DNA of 64,000 nt from Lachnospiraceae bacterium (lineage in GTDB: Bacteria; Bacillota; Clostridia; Lachnospirales; Lachnospiraceae), in the NCBI GenBank assembly GCA_051653625.1, contig JBOFWM010000063.1:9799-73798 (forward strand). The letters are read 5' to 3'. Shown here in pieces: positions 26,581-36,316 of this stretch; the first letter of the stretch is position 1; every line of letters starts with the position of its first letter. The notes under the pieces were generated by a model, which was given only the letters and a program-made list of their open reading frames with translations, had not been told where the DNA came from and did not search any database. The translations under genes were made by a program, and so were the position numbers.

Positions 26581-28257
26581 TTGAAGAAAAAAATGGAACT
26601 AAATACGACAGAAAAGCTTAAGATAATACCACTTGGTGGACTTGAGCAAATTGGTATGAATATTACTGTCTTTGAATATCAAGATAGTATTATTATTGTG
26701 GATTGTGGGCTTAGCTTTCCAGCGGACGATATGTTGGGAATTGACCTTGTCATTCCAGATATTACCTATTTGCAAGAAAATGCAAGTAAAGTAAAAGGGT
26801 TTGTAATTACACATGGACATGAAGATCACATTGGTGCACTTCCTTATGTTCTTAAGCAATTAAATATACCAATTTATGCTACAAGATTAACTATGGGGAT
26901 TATTGAAAATAAATTAAAGGAACATAACTTAACAAGTCATACAAAAAGAAAAGTTGTAAAATTTGGACAGTCAATAAATTTAGGATGTTTTAGAATAGAA
27001 TTTATTAAAACAAATCATAGTATTGTTGATGCTGCAGCTCTTGCGATTTATTCACCAGCAGGTGTTGTTGTTCATACAGGAGATTTTAAAGTAGATTATA
27101 CACCAGTATTTGGAGATTCTATAGATTTACAAAGATTTGCAGAATTAGGGAAAAAAGGTGTACTTGCACTCATGTGTGATAGCACAAACGCGGAAAGACC
27201 GGGATTTACACAGTCGGAAAAAAGTCTTGCAAAAATATTTGATACGATATTTGCGGATCACGTGCAGAGAAGAATCATTATAGCGACATTTGCTTCAAAT
27301 GTGGATAGAGTACAACAAATTATAAATTCAGCATACAAATTTGGAAGAAAAGTTGTAGTTGAAGGTAGAAGTATGGTTAATATTATTGATATTGCATCTA
27401 CATTAGGTTGTTTGAATATTCCAGATAATACGTTGATTAATGTAGAACAGTTGAAAAACTATCCGGAGGAAAAAACGGTAATTATTACGACAGGTAGTCA
27501 AGGGGAAAGTATGGCTGCTTTAAGTAGAATGGCTGGAAATATTCATAGAAAAATTTCTGTTGGACCAAAAGATACAATCATTTTTTCTTCAAGCCCGATT
27601 CCAGGAAATGAAAAAGCTGTAACAAAAGTAATTAATGAATTATCAAGAAAAGGTGCAGAAGTTATTTTTCAAGATGCGCATGTTTCTGGACATGCTTGTC
27701 AAGAGGAAATCAAATTGATGTATACTTTAATGAGACCAAAATATGCAATTCCTGTTCATGGGGAATATAAACATTTAAAAGCACATGCAAAATTAGTTTC
27801 AGATTTAGGACTGGAAAAGGAAAACATTTTTATCTTATCTTCAGGTGATGTATTAGAGTTGAATCAAGAGTCGGCAGCAGTAAATGGCAAAGTAACAGTT
27901 GGGGATATTCTTGTAGATGGATTAGGAGTGGGCGATGTTGGGAATATTGTATTAAGAGATCGTCAACACTTAGCAGAGGATGGAATTATGATTGTTGTGC
28001 TTGCACTTGAAAAACATAGTGGAAGTTTGATTTCAGGTCCTGATATTGTATCGCGTGGTTTTGTATATGTGCGAGAATCCGATGAACTTATGGATGAGGC
28101 TCGATTATTAATGGCTAGTACTGTTGAAGGGTGCTTGGAAAAAGGAATTACCGATTGGGGAAAAATAAAAGGAGCAATCAAAGATTCTTTGAGTAATTTT
28201 GTATGGAAAAAAACAAAGAGAAGACCAATGATTCTACCAATTATTTTAGATATTTAA
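26581..28257 (+). CDS. rnj: ribonuclease J
   Basis: Metallo-beta-lactamase motif ITHGHEDHIG, a beta-CASP region and an RNase J C-terminal domain. TTG start with GGAGG 8 nt upstream. Confidence 0.92.
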   Translation: MKKKMELNTTEKLKIIPLGGLEQIGMNITVFEYQDSIIIVDCGLSFPADDMLGIDLVIPDITYLQENASKVKGFVITHGHEDHIGALPYVLKQLNIPIYATRLTMGIIENKLKEHNLTSHTKRKVVKFGQSINLGCFRIEFIKTNHSIVDAAALAIYSPAGVVVHTGDFKVDYTPVFGDSIDLQRFAELGKKGVLALMCDSTNAERPGFTQSEKSLAKIFDTIFADHVQRRIIIATFASNVDRVQQIINSAYKFGRKVVVEGRSMVNIIDIASTLGCLNIPDNTLINVEQLKNYPEEKTVIITTGSQGESMAALSRMAGNIHRKISVGPKDTIIFSSSPIPGNEKAVTKVINELSRKGAEVIFQDAHVSGHACQEEIKLMYTLMRPKYAIPVHGEYKHLKAHAKLVSDLGLEKENIFILSSGDVLELNQESAAVNGKVTVGDILVDGLGVGDVGNIVLRDRQHLAEDGIMIVVLALEKHSGSLISGPDIVSRGFVYVRESDELMDEARLLMASTVEGCLEKGITDWGKIKGAIKDSLSNFVWKKTKRRPMILPIILDI

Positions 28258-28271
28258 AGAAAGGCTGAAAA

Positions 28272-28628
28272 ATGGGAAATGTGAAAGAGATAACACAGAC
28301 CTTTATAAATTCTTTTAAAGAAACAGAAGAATATCAAAATTATAAAATATCAAAAGAGCAAGTATTGAAAATTCCGGGATTAATGGACGATATAATTGAA
28401 TATAAAGAAAAGAGTTATGAACTTCAAAATCTTGAAGATGAAGATTTATTTGATAAAATAGATGCTTTTGAAAAAAAATACGAAGAGTTTTGTCAAATTT
28501 CAGTAGTTAGTGATTATTTAGCAGCAGAGATCATTATATGCAAATGTTTACAAGATGTAAGTGTTTCTATTTCTGAAACAATTGATTTGGATGCTGATTT
28601 TGTTGCTCATATGAGGAAGAAAGGTTAA
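28272..28628 (+). CDS. YlbF/YmcA-like (UPF0342) protein
   Basis: 118-aa helical protein with an EEYQNY...KEKSYELQ..DYLAAE pattern resembling YlbF-family regulators. Confidence 0.45.
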   Translation: MGNVKEITQTFINSFKETEEYQNYKISKEQVLKIPGLMDDIIEYKEKSYELQNLEDEDLFDKIDAFEKKYEEFCQISVVSDYLAAEIIICKCLQDVSVSISETIDLDADFVAHMRKKG

Positions 28629-28635
28629 ATGTTCG

Positions 28636-28998
28636 ATGAAAGAAAATAATATTGTGGTATCTATATTTGCAACTGCATTTAAAATTGTTATGGCGATTAT
28701 TATTGTGATGTTAGTTTTTACATGGTCAAGAGATGCCTATGATTTTGGGAGACGTGTATTTGCAGAAGAACCAGTAAATGTTGGAACTGGAAGAACGATA
28801 AGTGTTACAATTGCAGATGGTTACTCATCAAAAGAAATTGGTGAATTACTAGAGTATAATGGCTTAATTCGTGATGCGAACGTATTCTTTTTTCAAGAAT
28901 TTTTATCACAATATAAAGGACAATTAAAACCAGGAACATATGAATTATCAACATCAATGACAATAGAAGAAATGATGAAAATCATGTCTGAAGGATAG
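28636..28998 (+). CDS. short MltG/YceG-like protein (TM plus N-terminal subdomain only, no catalytic domain)
   Basis: N-terminal TM, then GRTISVTIADGYSSKEIGELLEYNGLIRDANVFF...LKPGTYELSTSMTIEEMMKIM, matching the first subdomain of MltG. The ORF stops at 120 aa, and the next gene starts 18 nt later. Confidence 0.6.
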   Translation: MKENNIVVSIFATAFKIVMAIIIVMLVFTWSRDAYDFGRRVFAEEPVNVGTGRTISVTIADGYSSKEIGELLEYNGLIRDANVFFFQEFLSQYKGQLKPGTYELSTSMTIEEMMKIMSEG

Positions 28999-29015
28999 AA
29001 TAGGAAGTACATTTC

Positions 29016-29663
29016 ATGATAGTAAATGATAGAATGATTGAATATATTAATTCTTTAGAGACAGGAAACCCTGAATATTTAAACGAATTAGAAGCATATG
29101 CAATAGAAACTTTTGTTCCTATTATTCGAAAAGAAATGCAAAGTTTTATAAAGTTGCTTTTAAGTATAAATAAACCAAAAAAAATTTTGGAAGTAGGTAC
29201 TGCAATAGGGTTTTCTACTCTTCTTATGAGTGAATATAGTGATAAAGATTGTCAAATAACAACGATTGAAAACTATGAAGTGAGAATTCCTATTGCAAAA
29301 GAGAATATAAAAAAAGCAGGAAAAGAAGATTGCATCACTTTAATTGCTGGAGATGCAATTGAGATCTTGCCAACATTGACAGATACGTATGATTTCATTT
29401 TTATGGATGCCGCAAAAGGACAGTATATTCGATTTCTCCCTTTATTAATGCCGTTATTAAAGGAAGGTGGAATGCTTGTATCAGATAATGTATTGCAAGA
29501 TGGTGATATTGTAGAATCGCGTTTTGCAGTAACAAGAAGAAATCGTACGATTCATAGTAGAATGAGGGAATATTTGTATGAACTGAAGCATCATCCTATG
29601 TTGACAACATCTATTTTGCCTATTGGAGATGGTGTGACAGTTAGTGTAAAAAAGAAAGGTTAG
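29016..29663 (+). CDS. class I SAM-dependent O-methyltransferase (YrrM/TrmR-like)
   Basis: SAM motif ILEVGTAIGFST and FMDAAKGQY. Synteny with the U32 peptidase genes matches B. subtilis yrrM-yrrN-yrrO. Confidence 0.8.
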   Translation: MIVNDRMIEYINSLETGNPEYLNELEAYAIETFVPIIRKEMQSFIKLLLSINKPKKILEVGTAIGFSTLLMSEYSDKDCQITTIENYEVRIPIAKENIKKAGKEDCITLIAGDAIEILPTLTDTYDFIFMDAAKGQYIRFLPLLMPLLKEGGMLVSDNVLQDGDIVESRFAVTRRNRTIHSRMREYLYELKHHPMLTTSILPIGDGVTVSVKKKG

Positions 29664-29667
29664 TTTA

Positions 29668-30924
29668 ATGAGAGATACAGAATTGTTAATACCAGCGAGT
29701 AATTTGGAGGTATTAAAGACTGCAGTTATTTTTGGAGCGGATGCCGTTTACATTGGTGGAGAGGCGTTTGGACTTCGTGCAAAAGCCAAAAATTTTTCAA
29801 AAGAAGATATGGTGGAGGGGATTCAATTTGCTCATGCGCATAATGTAAGAGTATTTATCACTGCAAATATTTTAGCACATAATGGAGATTTAGAGGGTGC
29901 AAGAGAATATTTTACAGAATTGAATAAGATAAAGCCAGATGCACTAATTGTTGCAGATCCTGGGATGTTTACACTTGCAAAAGAAATTTGTAAAGAGATT
30001 GAGATTCATATTTCAACACAAGCCAATAATACAAACTATATGACATATCAATTTTGGAATAAAATGGGTGCAAAAAGAGTCGTGAGTGCAAGAGAATTGT
30101 CTCTAGAAGAAATTAAAGAGATAAGACAACATATTCCAGACGATATGGAAATTGAAAGTTTTATTCATGGTGCAATGTGTATTTCTTATTCAGGGAGATG
30201 TTTGCTAAGTAGTTATTTTACAGGTCGTGATGCAAATCAAGGATCTTGTACACATCCATGTAGATGGAAATATTCACTTGTGGAAGAAAGTCGTCCAGGA
30301 GAATATATGCCAGTTTATGAAAATGAAAGAGGTACGTATATTTTCAATTCGAAAGATCTTTGTATGATAGAATATATACCGGAAATTTTAGATGCTGGAA
30401 TCGACAGTCTTAAAATAGAAGGTAGAATGAAAACAGCATTATATGTTGCAACAGTAGCAAGGACTTACCGAAAAGCAATTGATGATTTCAAAAAATCAGA
30501 AGAATTATATCGAAGCAATATGGAATGGTATAAGGAAGAAATTGCAAAATGTACCTATCGTAAATTTACAACAGGATTTTTCTTTGGAAAAACGGATGAA
30601 ACAACACAAATTTATGATAATAATACATACATTAATGAATTTATCTATTTAGGAACCGTAAAAGAAATAGACGATCGAGGATTAGTAGAAATTGAGCAAA
30701 AAAATAAGTTCTCGAAAAATGATGTAATAGAAATCATGAAACCGAATGGGGATAATATTAAAACGACAGTACTGAATATTTTTGATGAAGATGGAAAAGA
30801 AATGGAGTCGGCACCTCATCCAAAGCAGAAGTTGTTTGTAGATTTATCTGTAAAACCAGAAGTTTATGATATTCTAAGATGTGAGAATGTTAGAACAACG
30901 AAATGTGATGATTGTAAAAAATAA
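29668..30924 (+). CDS. peptidase U32 family protein (YrrN/YrrO / TrhP-like)
   Basis: ELLIPA..L..A...GADAVYIGG N-terminus and an ESFIHGAMCISYSGRCLLS motif typical of U32. Confidence 0.85.
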   Translation: MRDTELLIPASNLEVLKTAVIFGADAVYIGGEAFGLRAKAKNFSKEDMVEGIQFAHAHNVRVFITANILAHNGDLEGAREYFTELNKIKPDALIVADPGMFTLAKEICKEIEIHISTQANNTNYMTYQFWNKMGAKRVVSARELSLEEIKEIRQHIPDDMEIESFIHGAMCISYSGRCLLSSYFTGRDANQGSCTHPCRWKYSLVEESRPGEYMPVYENERGTYIFNSKDLCMIEYIPEILDAGIDSLKIEGRMKTALYVATVARTYRKAIDDFKKSEELYRSNMEWYKEEIAKCTYRKFTTGFFFGKTDETTQIYDNNTYINEFIYLGTVKEIDDRGLVEIEQKNKFSKNDVIEIMKPNGDNIKTTVLNIFDEDGKEMESAPHPKQKLFVDLSVKPEVYDILRCENVRTTKCDDCKK

Positions 30925-31051
30925 ACAAAAAATATTGCAAATATTTTATATATTTTTTTGAAAAAAGTATTGCTTTTTGATGAAAAGTAAGGTATCTTAA
31001 TAGAGAAAATGGTTACACAAAGTTGCCAAATAGAGATTAACAGTGAACAAT

Positions 31052-31085
31052 GGCGTTCTGACCTTAGGTTAGAGCGCCTTTTTTT
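31052..31085 (+). terminator. intrinsic terminator inside the glnN leader (attenuator)
   Basis: 12-bp stem ggcgttctgacc / ggttagagcgcc (two G-U pairs), a short loop, then 7 T. It lies 50 nt upstream of ATG 31135. Confidence 0.75.
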
Positions 31086-31134
31086 AGTTAGTAATCATAA
31101 TTAAAAAGATAAAAGATAAGAAGAGGAGTAGGAA

Positions 31135-33246
31135 ATGAGCGAATTATTAAATGTAGAAGAAATTTTTGGAGAAAATGTATTTACGTTAGGTAAAATGAAA
31201 GAACGTTTACCAAAAAAAGTTTTTAATGAAGTAAAACGTGTTATGGATCAAGGGGGAGAATTATCTCTTGCGACTGCAGATATCGTTGCAAAAGCTATGA
31301 AAGATTGGGCGGTAGAAAAAGGTGCAACACATTATACACATTGGTTTCAACCTTTAACAGGTATTACAGCGGAAAAACATGATTCATTTGTTGCTCATCC
31401 AGATGAAGATGGAAAAATGTTAATGGAATTTTCTGGAAAAGAATTAATAAAAGGAGAACCAGATGCTTCAAGTTTTCCATCAGGTGGACTTCGTGCTACA
31501 TTTGAAGCTAGAGGATATACTGCTTGGGATATTACATCGCCTGCATTTATTAAAACAGCAGCAACAGGACCGATTTTATGTATTCCAACAGCGTTTTGTT
31601 CTTATACTGGAGAATCTTTAGATAAAAAAACACCGCTTCTTCGTTCGATGGAAGCAATTAGCGAACAAGCACTTAGAATCGTTCGTGTTTTTGGAAATTC
31701 AGAAGCTACAAAAATCACAGCTTCAGTTGGACCTGAACAAGAATATTTCTTAGTAGATCAAAAGAAAGCATTACAACGTAAAGACTTAATTTTTGCAGGA
31801 CGTACATTGTTTGGTGCATCTGCTCCAAAAGGACAAGAATTAGAAGATCACTACTTCGGAGTTATTCGTGAACGTATTGGTTCATATATGAAAGATTTAA
31901 ATGAAGAGTTATGGAAATTAGGGGTAACTGCAAAAACACAACATAATGAAGTGGCACCAGCGCAACATGAATTAGCACCAATTTATGAAACAGCAAATAT
32001 TGCAGTAGACCATAATCAAATCATTATGGAAACAATGAAAAGAGTTGCTCTTAACCATGGAATGAGATGTTTACTACATGAAAAGCCATTTGCAAGAGTA
32101 AACGGATCTGGAAAACATAACAACTGGTCTATTACAACTGATAATGGTGTAAATCTACTTGAGCCAGGTGAAACACCAAATGAAAACGTTCAATTCTTAT
32201 TAGTGTTAGCTTGTATTATGAAAGCAGTTGATACACATGCAGATTTACTACGTCAAAGTGCATCAAATGTAGGAAATGACCATAGACTTGGAGCAAATGA
32301 AGCACCACCTGCAATTATTTCTATGTTCCTTGGAGAACAATTAGAAGACGTTGTAAGACAATTAGTTGAAACAGGTGCGGCTGCAACATGTATCGAAGGA
32401 GAAGTAATGCAAACGGGTGTTTCTACAATGCAACACTTCAAAAAAGATGCATCAGATAGAAATAGAACTTCGCCATTTGCATTTACAGGTAATAAATTTG
32501 AATTCCGTATGGTAGGAAGCCAAGACTCTATAGCTAGCCCAAATACAACATTAAATGCAATTGTAGCAGAAGCGTTTTGTGAAGCAGCAGATGTATTAGA
32601 AAAAGCAGATGATGTAGATAAATGTGCTCATGATTTAATTAAAGAATATATGACAAAACATCAAAGAATTATTTTTAATGGAAATGGATATTCAGAAGAA
32701 TGGGTAGAAGAAGCAGCAAGAAGAGGTTTACCAAATATTGCATCTATGGTAGAAGCGGTAGAAACATTAACAACTGAAAAATCTATTAAATTATTTGAAA
32801 AATTTGGAATCTTTACAGAAGCAGAACTTGTTTCAAGAGAAGAAATTTTATATGAAACATATGCAAAAACAATCAATATTGAAGCATTAACAATGATTGA
32901 TATGGCATCAAAAGAAATTATTCCAGCAGTTGTTAAATATACAAAAATGTTGGCAGATGCTGTTGTGGCTGTTAAAGCAGCTGGTGCAGATGCAAGTATT
33001 CAATTAGAATTATTAAATAAAACAAATGAAAAACTATTAGAAGTAAAATCTGCACTTGAAACATTAGAAAAAGTAGAAGAAGAAGCAACAAAAATTGAAG
33101 AAATTAAAGAATTAGCATTCTTCTATAAAGATGAAGTTATGACTGCAATGGAGAAATTAAGAGAACCAGCAGACGAACTTGAAATGATCGTAGATAGAAC
33201 TGTTTGGCCATTCCCTACATACGACGAATTAATTTTTGAAGTATAA
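31135..33246 (+). CDS. glnN: glutamine synthetase type III
   Basis: 703 aa. The N-terminus ..[20 protein letters not shown].. and the motifs [10 protein letters not shown] and [10 protein letters not shown] are typical of GSIII. Confidence 0.9.
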   Translation: MSELLNVEEIFGENVFTLGKMKERLPKKVFNEVKRVMDQGGELSLATADIVAKAMKDWAVEKGATHYTHWFQPLTGITAEKHDSFVAHPDEDGKMLMEFSGKELIKGEPDASSFPSGGLRATFEARGYTAWDITSPAFIKTAATGPILCIPTAFCSYTGESLDKKTPLLRSMEAISEQALRIVRVFGNSEATKITASVGPEQEYFLVDQKKALQRKDLIFAGRTLFGASAPKGQELEDHYFGVIRERIGSYMKDLNEELWKLGVTAKTQHNEVAPAQHELAPIYETANIAVDHNQIIMETMKRVALNHGMRCLLHEKPFARVNGSGKHNNWSITTDNGVNLLEPGETPNENVQFLLVLACIMKAVDTHADLLRQSASNVGNDHRLGANEAPPAIISMFLGEQLEDVVRQLVETGAAATCIEGEVMQTGVSTMQHFKKDASDRNRTSPFAFTGNKFEFRMVGSQDSIASPNTTLNAIVAEAFCEAADVLEKADDVDKCAHDLIKEYMTKHQRIIFNGNGYSEEWVEEAARRGLPNIASMVEAVETLTTEKSIKLFEKFGIFTEAELVSREEILYETYAKTINIEALTMIDMASKEIIPAVVKYTKMLADAVVAVKAAGADASIQLELLNKTNEKLLEVKSALETLEKVEEEATKIEEIKELAFFYKDEVMTAMEKLREPADELEMIVDRTVWPFPTYDELIFEV

Positions 33247-33262
33247 TATTTAAAAATATGGA

Positions 33263-33312
33263 ATCTAGATATAAATAGTGAACTTTAAACTATTTATATC
33301 TAGATTTTTTTG
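33263..33312 (+). terminator. rho-independent terminator after glnN
   Basis: Stem of about 17 bp, atctagatataaatagt / actatttatatctagat, followed by 7 T. Confidence 0.85.
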
Positions 33313-33397
33313 TTATAATCTTTATAACGTTGCAAAGATGGAGAAACTGTTATAAAATGTAACTCTAAATTGAAAGGGAAAAGAGAATAGGAATAAA

Positions 33398-34114
33398 ATG
33401 TATAGTTATAAAAGTCGAGTGAGGTTTAGTGAAACCAATCATAAAGGAAAACTATTTATAGAATCAATTGTCGATTACTTTCAAGATTGTTCAACTTTTC
33501 AATCAGAAGATGTGGGTGTAGGCATTTCTTATTTGAATACATTTTCGGGAGCGTGGATTTTATCTTCATGGCAAATTATTATAAATAGATTGCCCCAATT
33601 AGGAGAATATATAGAAGTAGGAACAATTCCATACGATATTAAAGGATTTTTAGGGTCGCGTAATTACATTATGAAAGATGAAGATGGACAAGTATTGGCA
33701 TGTGCAAATTCTTTATGGGTTTTGATGGATATGTCAAAAAATATTCCTATAAAAGCATCTTGGGAAATTATTAGTGCATATGAATTAGAAGAAAAATTGC
33801 AGATGGAATATGCACCAAGAAAAATTATTGTTCCAAATGAGGGAGAGATACAAGAAATAATCCAAGTAAAGTCATATCATTTAGATTGCAATGGGCATGT
33901 TAATAACGGACAGTATATTCGAATTGGTATGGAATATATGGAAAATACAGAATGCATTAGACAGATAAGAGTAGAGTACAAAATGCAGGCAAAATTAAAT
34001 GATTATATAGTACCTGTTATTTATAAAGATGAAAATAAAGTAGTAATATCGTTATGTAATGAAGAAAAGAAGGAATATGCCATAATAGAATTTTTGTTAG
34101 TACCTACAAAGTAG
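33398..34114 (+). CDS. acyl-ACP thioesterase
   Basis: 238 aa. The size and pattern (YSYKSRVRFSETNHKGKL.., double hotdog) fit the FatA/B-like bacterial acyl-ACP thioesterases. Confidence 0.65.
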   Translation: MYSYKSRVRFSETNHKGKLFIESIVDYFQDCSTFQSEDVGVGISYLNTFSGAWILSSWQIIINRLPQLGEYIEVGTIPYDIKGFLGSRNYIMKDEDGQVLACANSLWVLMDMSKNIPIKASWEIISAYELEEKLQMEYAPRKIIVPNEGEIQEIIQVKSYHLDCNGHVNNGQYIRIGMEYMENTECIRQIRVEYKMQAKLNDYIVPVIYKDENKVVISLCNEEKKEYAIIEFLLVPTK

Positions 34115-34130
34115 GTGGATAGGAGTAAAT

Positions 34131-34970
34131 ATGTTTTATTTAGGAGAACATCAAGAGTTAGAAATAGTAAAAGAGGTAGAGTTTGGAGTATATTTAAAAG
34201 ATCCAGAAATGAGTTCGGATGAAGAGAGAGTATTATTACCAAAAAAACAAGTGCCAGAAGGAAAAGAAATCGGAGATTTATTAACTGTTTTTTTGTATAA
34301 AGATTCAAAAGATCGTTTGATTGCAACAACAAACCAACCTTTGTTATTAATGGATGAAGTAAAACCATTAAAAGTTGCACAAGTTGGTAAATTAGGAGCT
34401 TTCTTAAATTGGGGACTTGAAAAGGATTTGTTTTTACCATTTAAAGAACAAACGATGTCATTACAAGAGGGAGATACTTGTTTAGTTGCATTATATATTG
34501 ATAAGAGCAAACGTCTCTGTGCCACAATGAAAATATATCATTATTTAGATTTAGATAGTGAGTATGAAAAAGATGATATTGTTGAAGGTACGGTTTATGA
34601 AATTAGTGAAGAATTTGGAGCGTTTGTTGCAGTTGATAACAAATATTCTGCTTTAATTCCAAGAAAAGAATTTTTTGGAACAGTAAAAGTGGGAGATATT
34701 ATTTCTGCACGTGTTAGTGGTGTGAAAGAAGATGGGAAGTTAGACTTATCGATTAGAGAAAAAGGGTTAGCACAAATAGAAAAAGATGCCTTAAAAGTGA
34801 TTGAGGTAATTGAAAGTTTTGATGGTGCTTTACCATTTAATGATAAAGCAAATCCAGAAGTGATTAGACGTGAAATGCAAATGAGTAAGAATGAATTTAA
34901 AAAAGCAGTTGGAAATTTATTGAAGAAAGGACTCATTGAAATTACAGAAAGTTCTATACGTTTGATATAA
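34131..34970 (+). CDS. S1-domain RNA-binding protein (CvfB/YitL family)
   Basis: 279 aa with repeated S1-like segments and a winged-helix-like C-terminus (KNEFKKAVGNLLKKGLI). Confidence 0.65.
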   Translation: MFYLGEHQELEIVKEVEFGVYLKDPEMSSDEERVLLPKKQVPEGKEIGDLLTVFLYKDSKDRLIATTNQPLLLMDEVKPLKVAQVGKLGAFLNWGLEKDLFLPFKEQTMSLQEGDTCLVALYIDKSKRLCATMKIYHYLDLDSEYEKDDIVEGTVYEISEEFGAFVAVDNKYSALIPRKEFFGTVKVGDIISARVSGVKEDGKLDLSIREKGLAQIEKDALKVIEVIESFDGALPFNDKANPEVIRREMQMSKNEFKKAVGNLLKKGLIEITESSIRLI

Positions 34971-34992
34971 AAAAAGAAAGGCAAATAATAGT

Positions 34993-35904
34993 ATGAATGC
35001 AAAAAAAACAAATGTCCTTTTTTTGACCATTATTTTATATCATATAGTTGCAGTGATTTTGTTATCGATCTTTACTATTTTTATGAATATTTCAATAGTT
35101 GGAAGTTTATTATTTAGCCAAAGTATTTTAATTATTCCAACATATATTGTTTGGTATCTTTTGAAAGAAAAGGGAAGTTTGAAACAAGAAATTAGCATAA
35201 AAAAAATAAAACCAAGTACAATTATCTTGACTATTTTTTATACATGGGCATTAATGCCACTCATTACATTGATAAATGCCATTAGTATGTTATTTGTAGA
35301 AAATACAGTCATAAATATGAGTGGTGAAATATTTCAGATGCCGTTTGCGTTATCATTTTTTATGATAGGAATATTTGGACCGATTATTGAAGAAGTGGTT
35401 TTTCGTGGTTTTATTTTTAAAGGATATCGAAGAAGTGGAAATGCAATGGGTGCCATTCTTCTATCAGCTCTTTTATTTGGATTGATGCATATGAATATTA
35501 ATCAAGCAATGTATGCATTTGTAATCGGAATAGCACTTGCATTTTTAGTGGAAGTTACAGGTAGTATTTTTCCTGCAATTATTATGCATATGGTAATTAA
35601 TTGCCAATCTGTTATTTCTATGTATCTAACGGAATTTTTTAATCCAGGTGTTTTAGAAGAGACAAGTGTGATTACACAAGGGATAGAAGCATTTTATATT
35701 CAAAGTGCTATAGTATCTTATTTTATTATATCATTATTCACAACTACAATTGCTTGGATTATACTGAAAAAAATAGGAAGAAATGAAGGATTTGTAATAC
35801 AAAGAGATAGGTTGCTAGAGGCGAATTATCAAGAAAAAAGAGTTACAATGCCGTTGGTAATTGCTGTTATAATTTGTATTTTTTATATGGTATTCACTAT
35901 ATAA
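34993..35904 (+). CDS. CPBP-family intramembrane glutamic endopeptidase (CAAX protease/Abi)
   Basis: Multi-TM protein with motifs EEVVFRG, FGLMH and HMVIN. Confidence 0.8.
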   Translation: MNAKKTNVLFLTIILYHIVAVILLSIFTIFMNISIVGSLLFSQSILIIPTYIVWYLLKEKGSLKQEISIKKIKPSTIILTIFYTWALMPLITLINAISMLFVENTVINMSGEIFQMPFALSFFMIGIFGPIIEEVVFRGFIFKGYRRSGNAMGAILLSALLFGLMHMNINQAMYAFVIGIALAFLVEVTGSIFPAIIMHMVINCQSVISMYLTEFFNPGVLEETSVITQGIEAFYIQSAIVSYFIISLFTTTIAWIILKKIGRNEGFVIQRDRLLEANYQEKRVTMPLVIAVIICIFYMVFTI

Positions 35905-35905
35905 G

Positions 35906-35938
35906 AAAAACGGGTAAGCATGATACTTACCCGTTTTT
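35906..35938. terminator. bidirectional terminator between the CPBP gene and the yjfB-like gene
   Basis: aaaaa-cgggtaag-catgata-cttacccg-ttttt. Confidence 0.8.
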
Positions 35939-35939
35939 C

Positions 35940-36131
35940 TTATACGATTACATCGATGTTAGAGCCTATGTTAGGATTTACGGAACGAGAAAGAGCAGCA
36001 CCTTCTAACATTTTCACCATATTTTGTCCTTGTACGTCATTCGTATCAAGCATTTTTCCTAAAACAGCATATCCTACATTTGATAAAGCAGAATTTGTTG
36101 CAAGTGATGTGGATAAAGCAGCAATATTCAT
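35940..36131 (-). CDS. YjfB-family putative motility protein
   Basis: MNIAALSTSLATNSALSNVGYAVLGKMLDTNDVQGQNMVKML...NIGSNIDV resembles YjfB. ATG 36131 is preceded by GGAGGG at 8 nt. Confidence 0.7.
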   Translation of the reverse strand: MNIAALSTSLATNSALSNVGYAVLGKMLDTNDVQGQNMVKMLEGAALSRSVNPNIGSNIDVIV

Positions 36132-36316
36132 ATTCCATTCCCTCCGTTCTATAAAATAAAGATGATAAATAAAGTCTATCAAATAATTATGTTTACGACA
36201 AGATGTATATCAAATAAAATGATAAAACTTAAGATTGATAGAATTGAAAAGAAAGAATAAGTTTGATATAATGAAAATTAATACTTTCTAAGATAAATAG
36301 GAAAGCGAGAACCAAT

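Noticed and set aside
31000-31085. A full ANTAR-type dual-hexaloop antiterminator target in the glnN leader
   Set aside because: Only one weak candidate hairpin was found (4-bp stem, loop AATGGC). I could not find the required second hexaloop stem-loop upstream. It is kept only as a possibility within the attenuator finding.
31009-31104. 31-codon ORF (MVTQSCQIEINSEQWRSDLRLERLFLVSNHN) spanning the glnN leader terminator, considered as a Gln-sensing leader peptide
   Set aside because: There is no usable RBS: gagaaa lies directly against the ATG. The three Gln codons are scattered rather than tandem. The ORF runs through the terminator, instead of ending before it as in classical attenuation.
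34021-35011. Three long minus-strand ORFs (139, 124 and 138 aa) antisense to the thioesterase and CvfB-like genes
   Set aside because: Their composition (Leu/Phe/Ser/Asn-rich, low complexity) is typical of antisense frames in AT-rich DNA, and they have no RBS. The sense strand carries recognisable conserved proteins.
36108-36116. A perfect DnaA-box 9-mer TGTGGATAA (a second copy lies at 43042-43050), considered as an oriC signature because dnaB and rpsF-ssb-rpsR are origin-proximal genes
   Set aside because: The two boxes are isolated, about 7 kb apart, and both lie inside coding sequence. A count of about two is close to the chance expectation for 128 kb of two-strand sequence. There is no box cluster and no AT-rich unwinding element.
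35920-36159. 79-aa plus-strand ORF antisense to the yjfB-like gene
   Set aside because: It starts inside the bidirectional terminator hairpin and has no RBS. The opposite strand encodes a recognisable YjfB-family protein with a good RBS.
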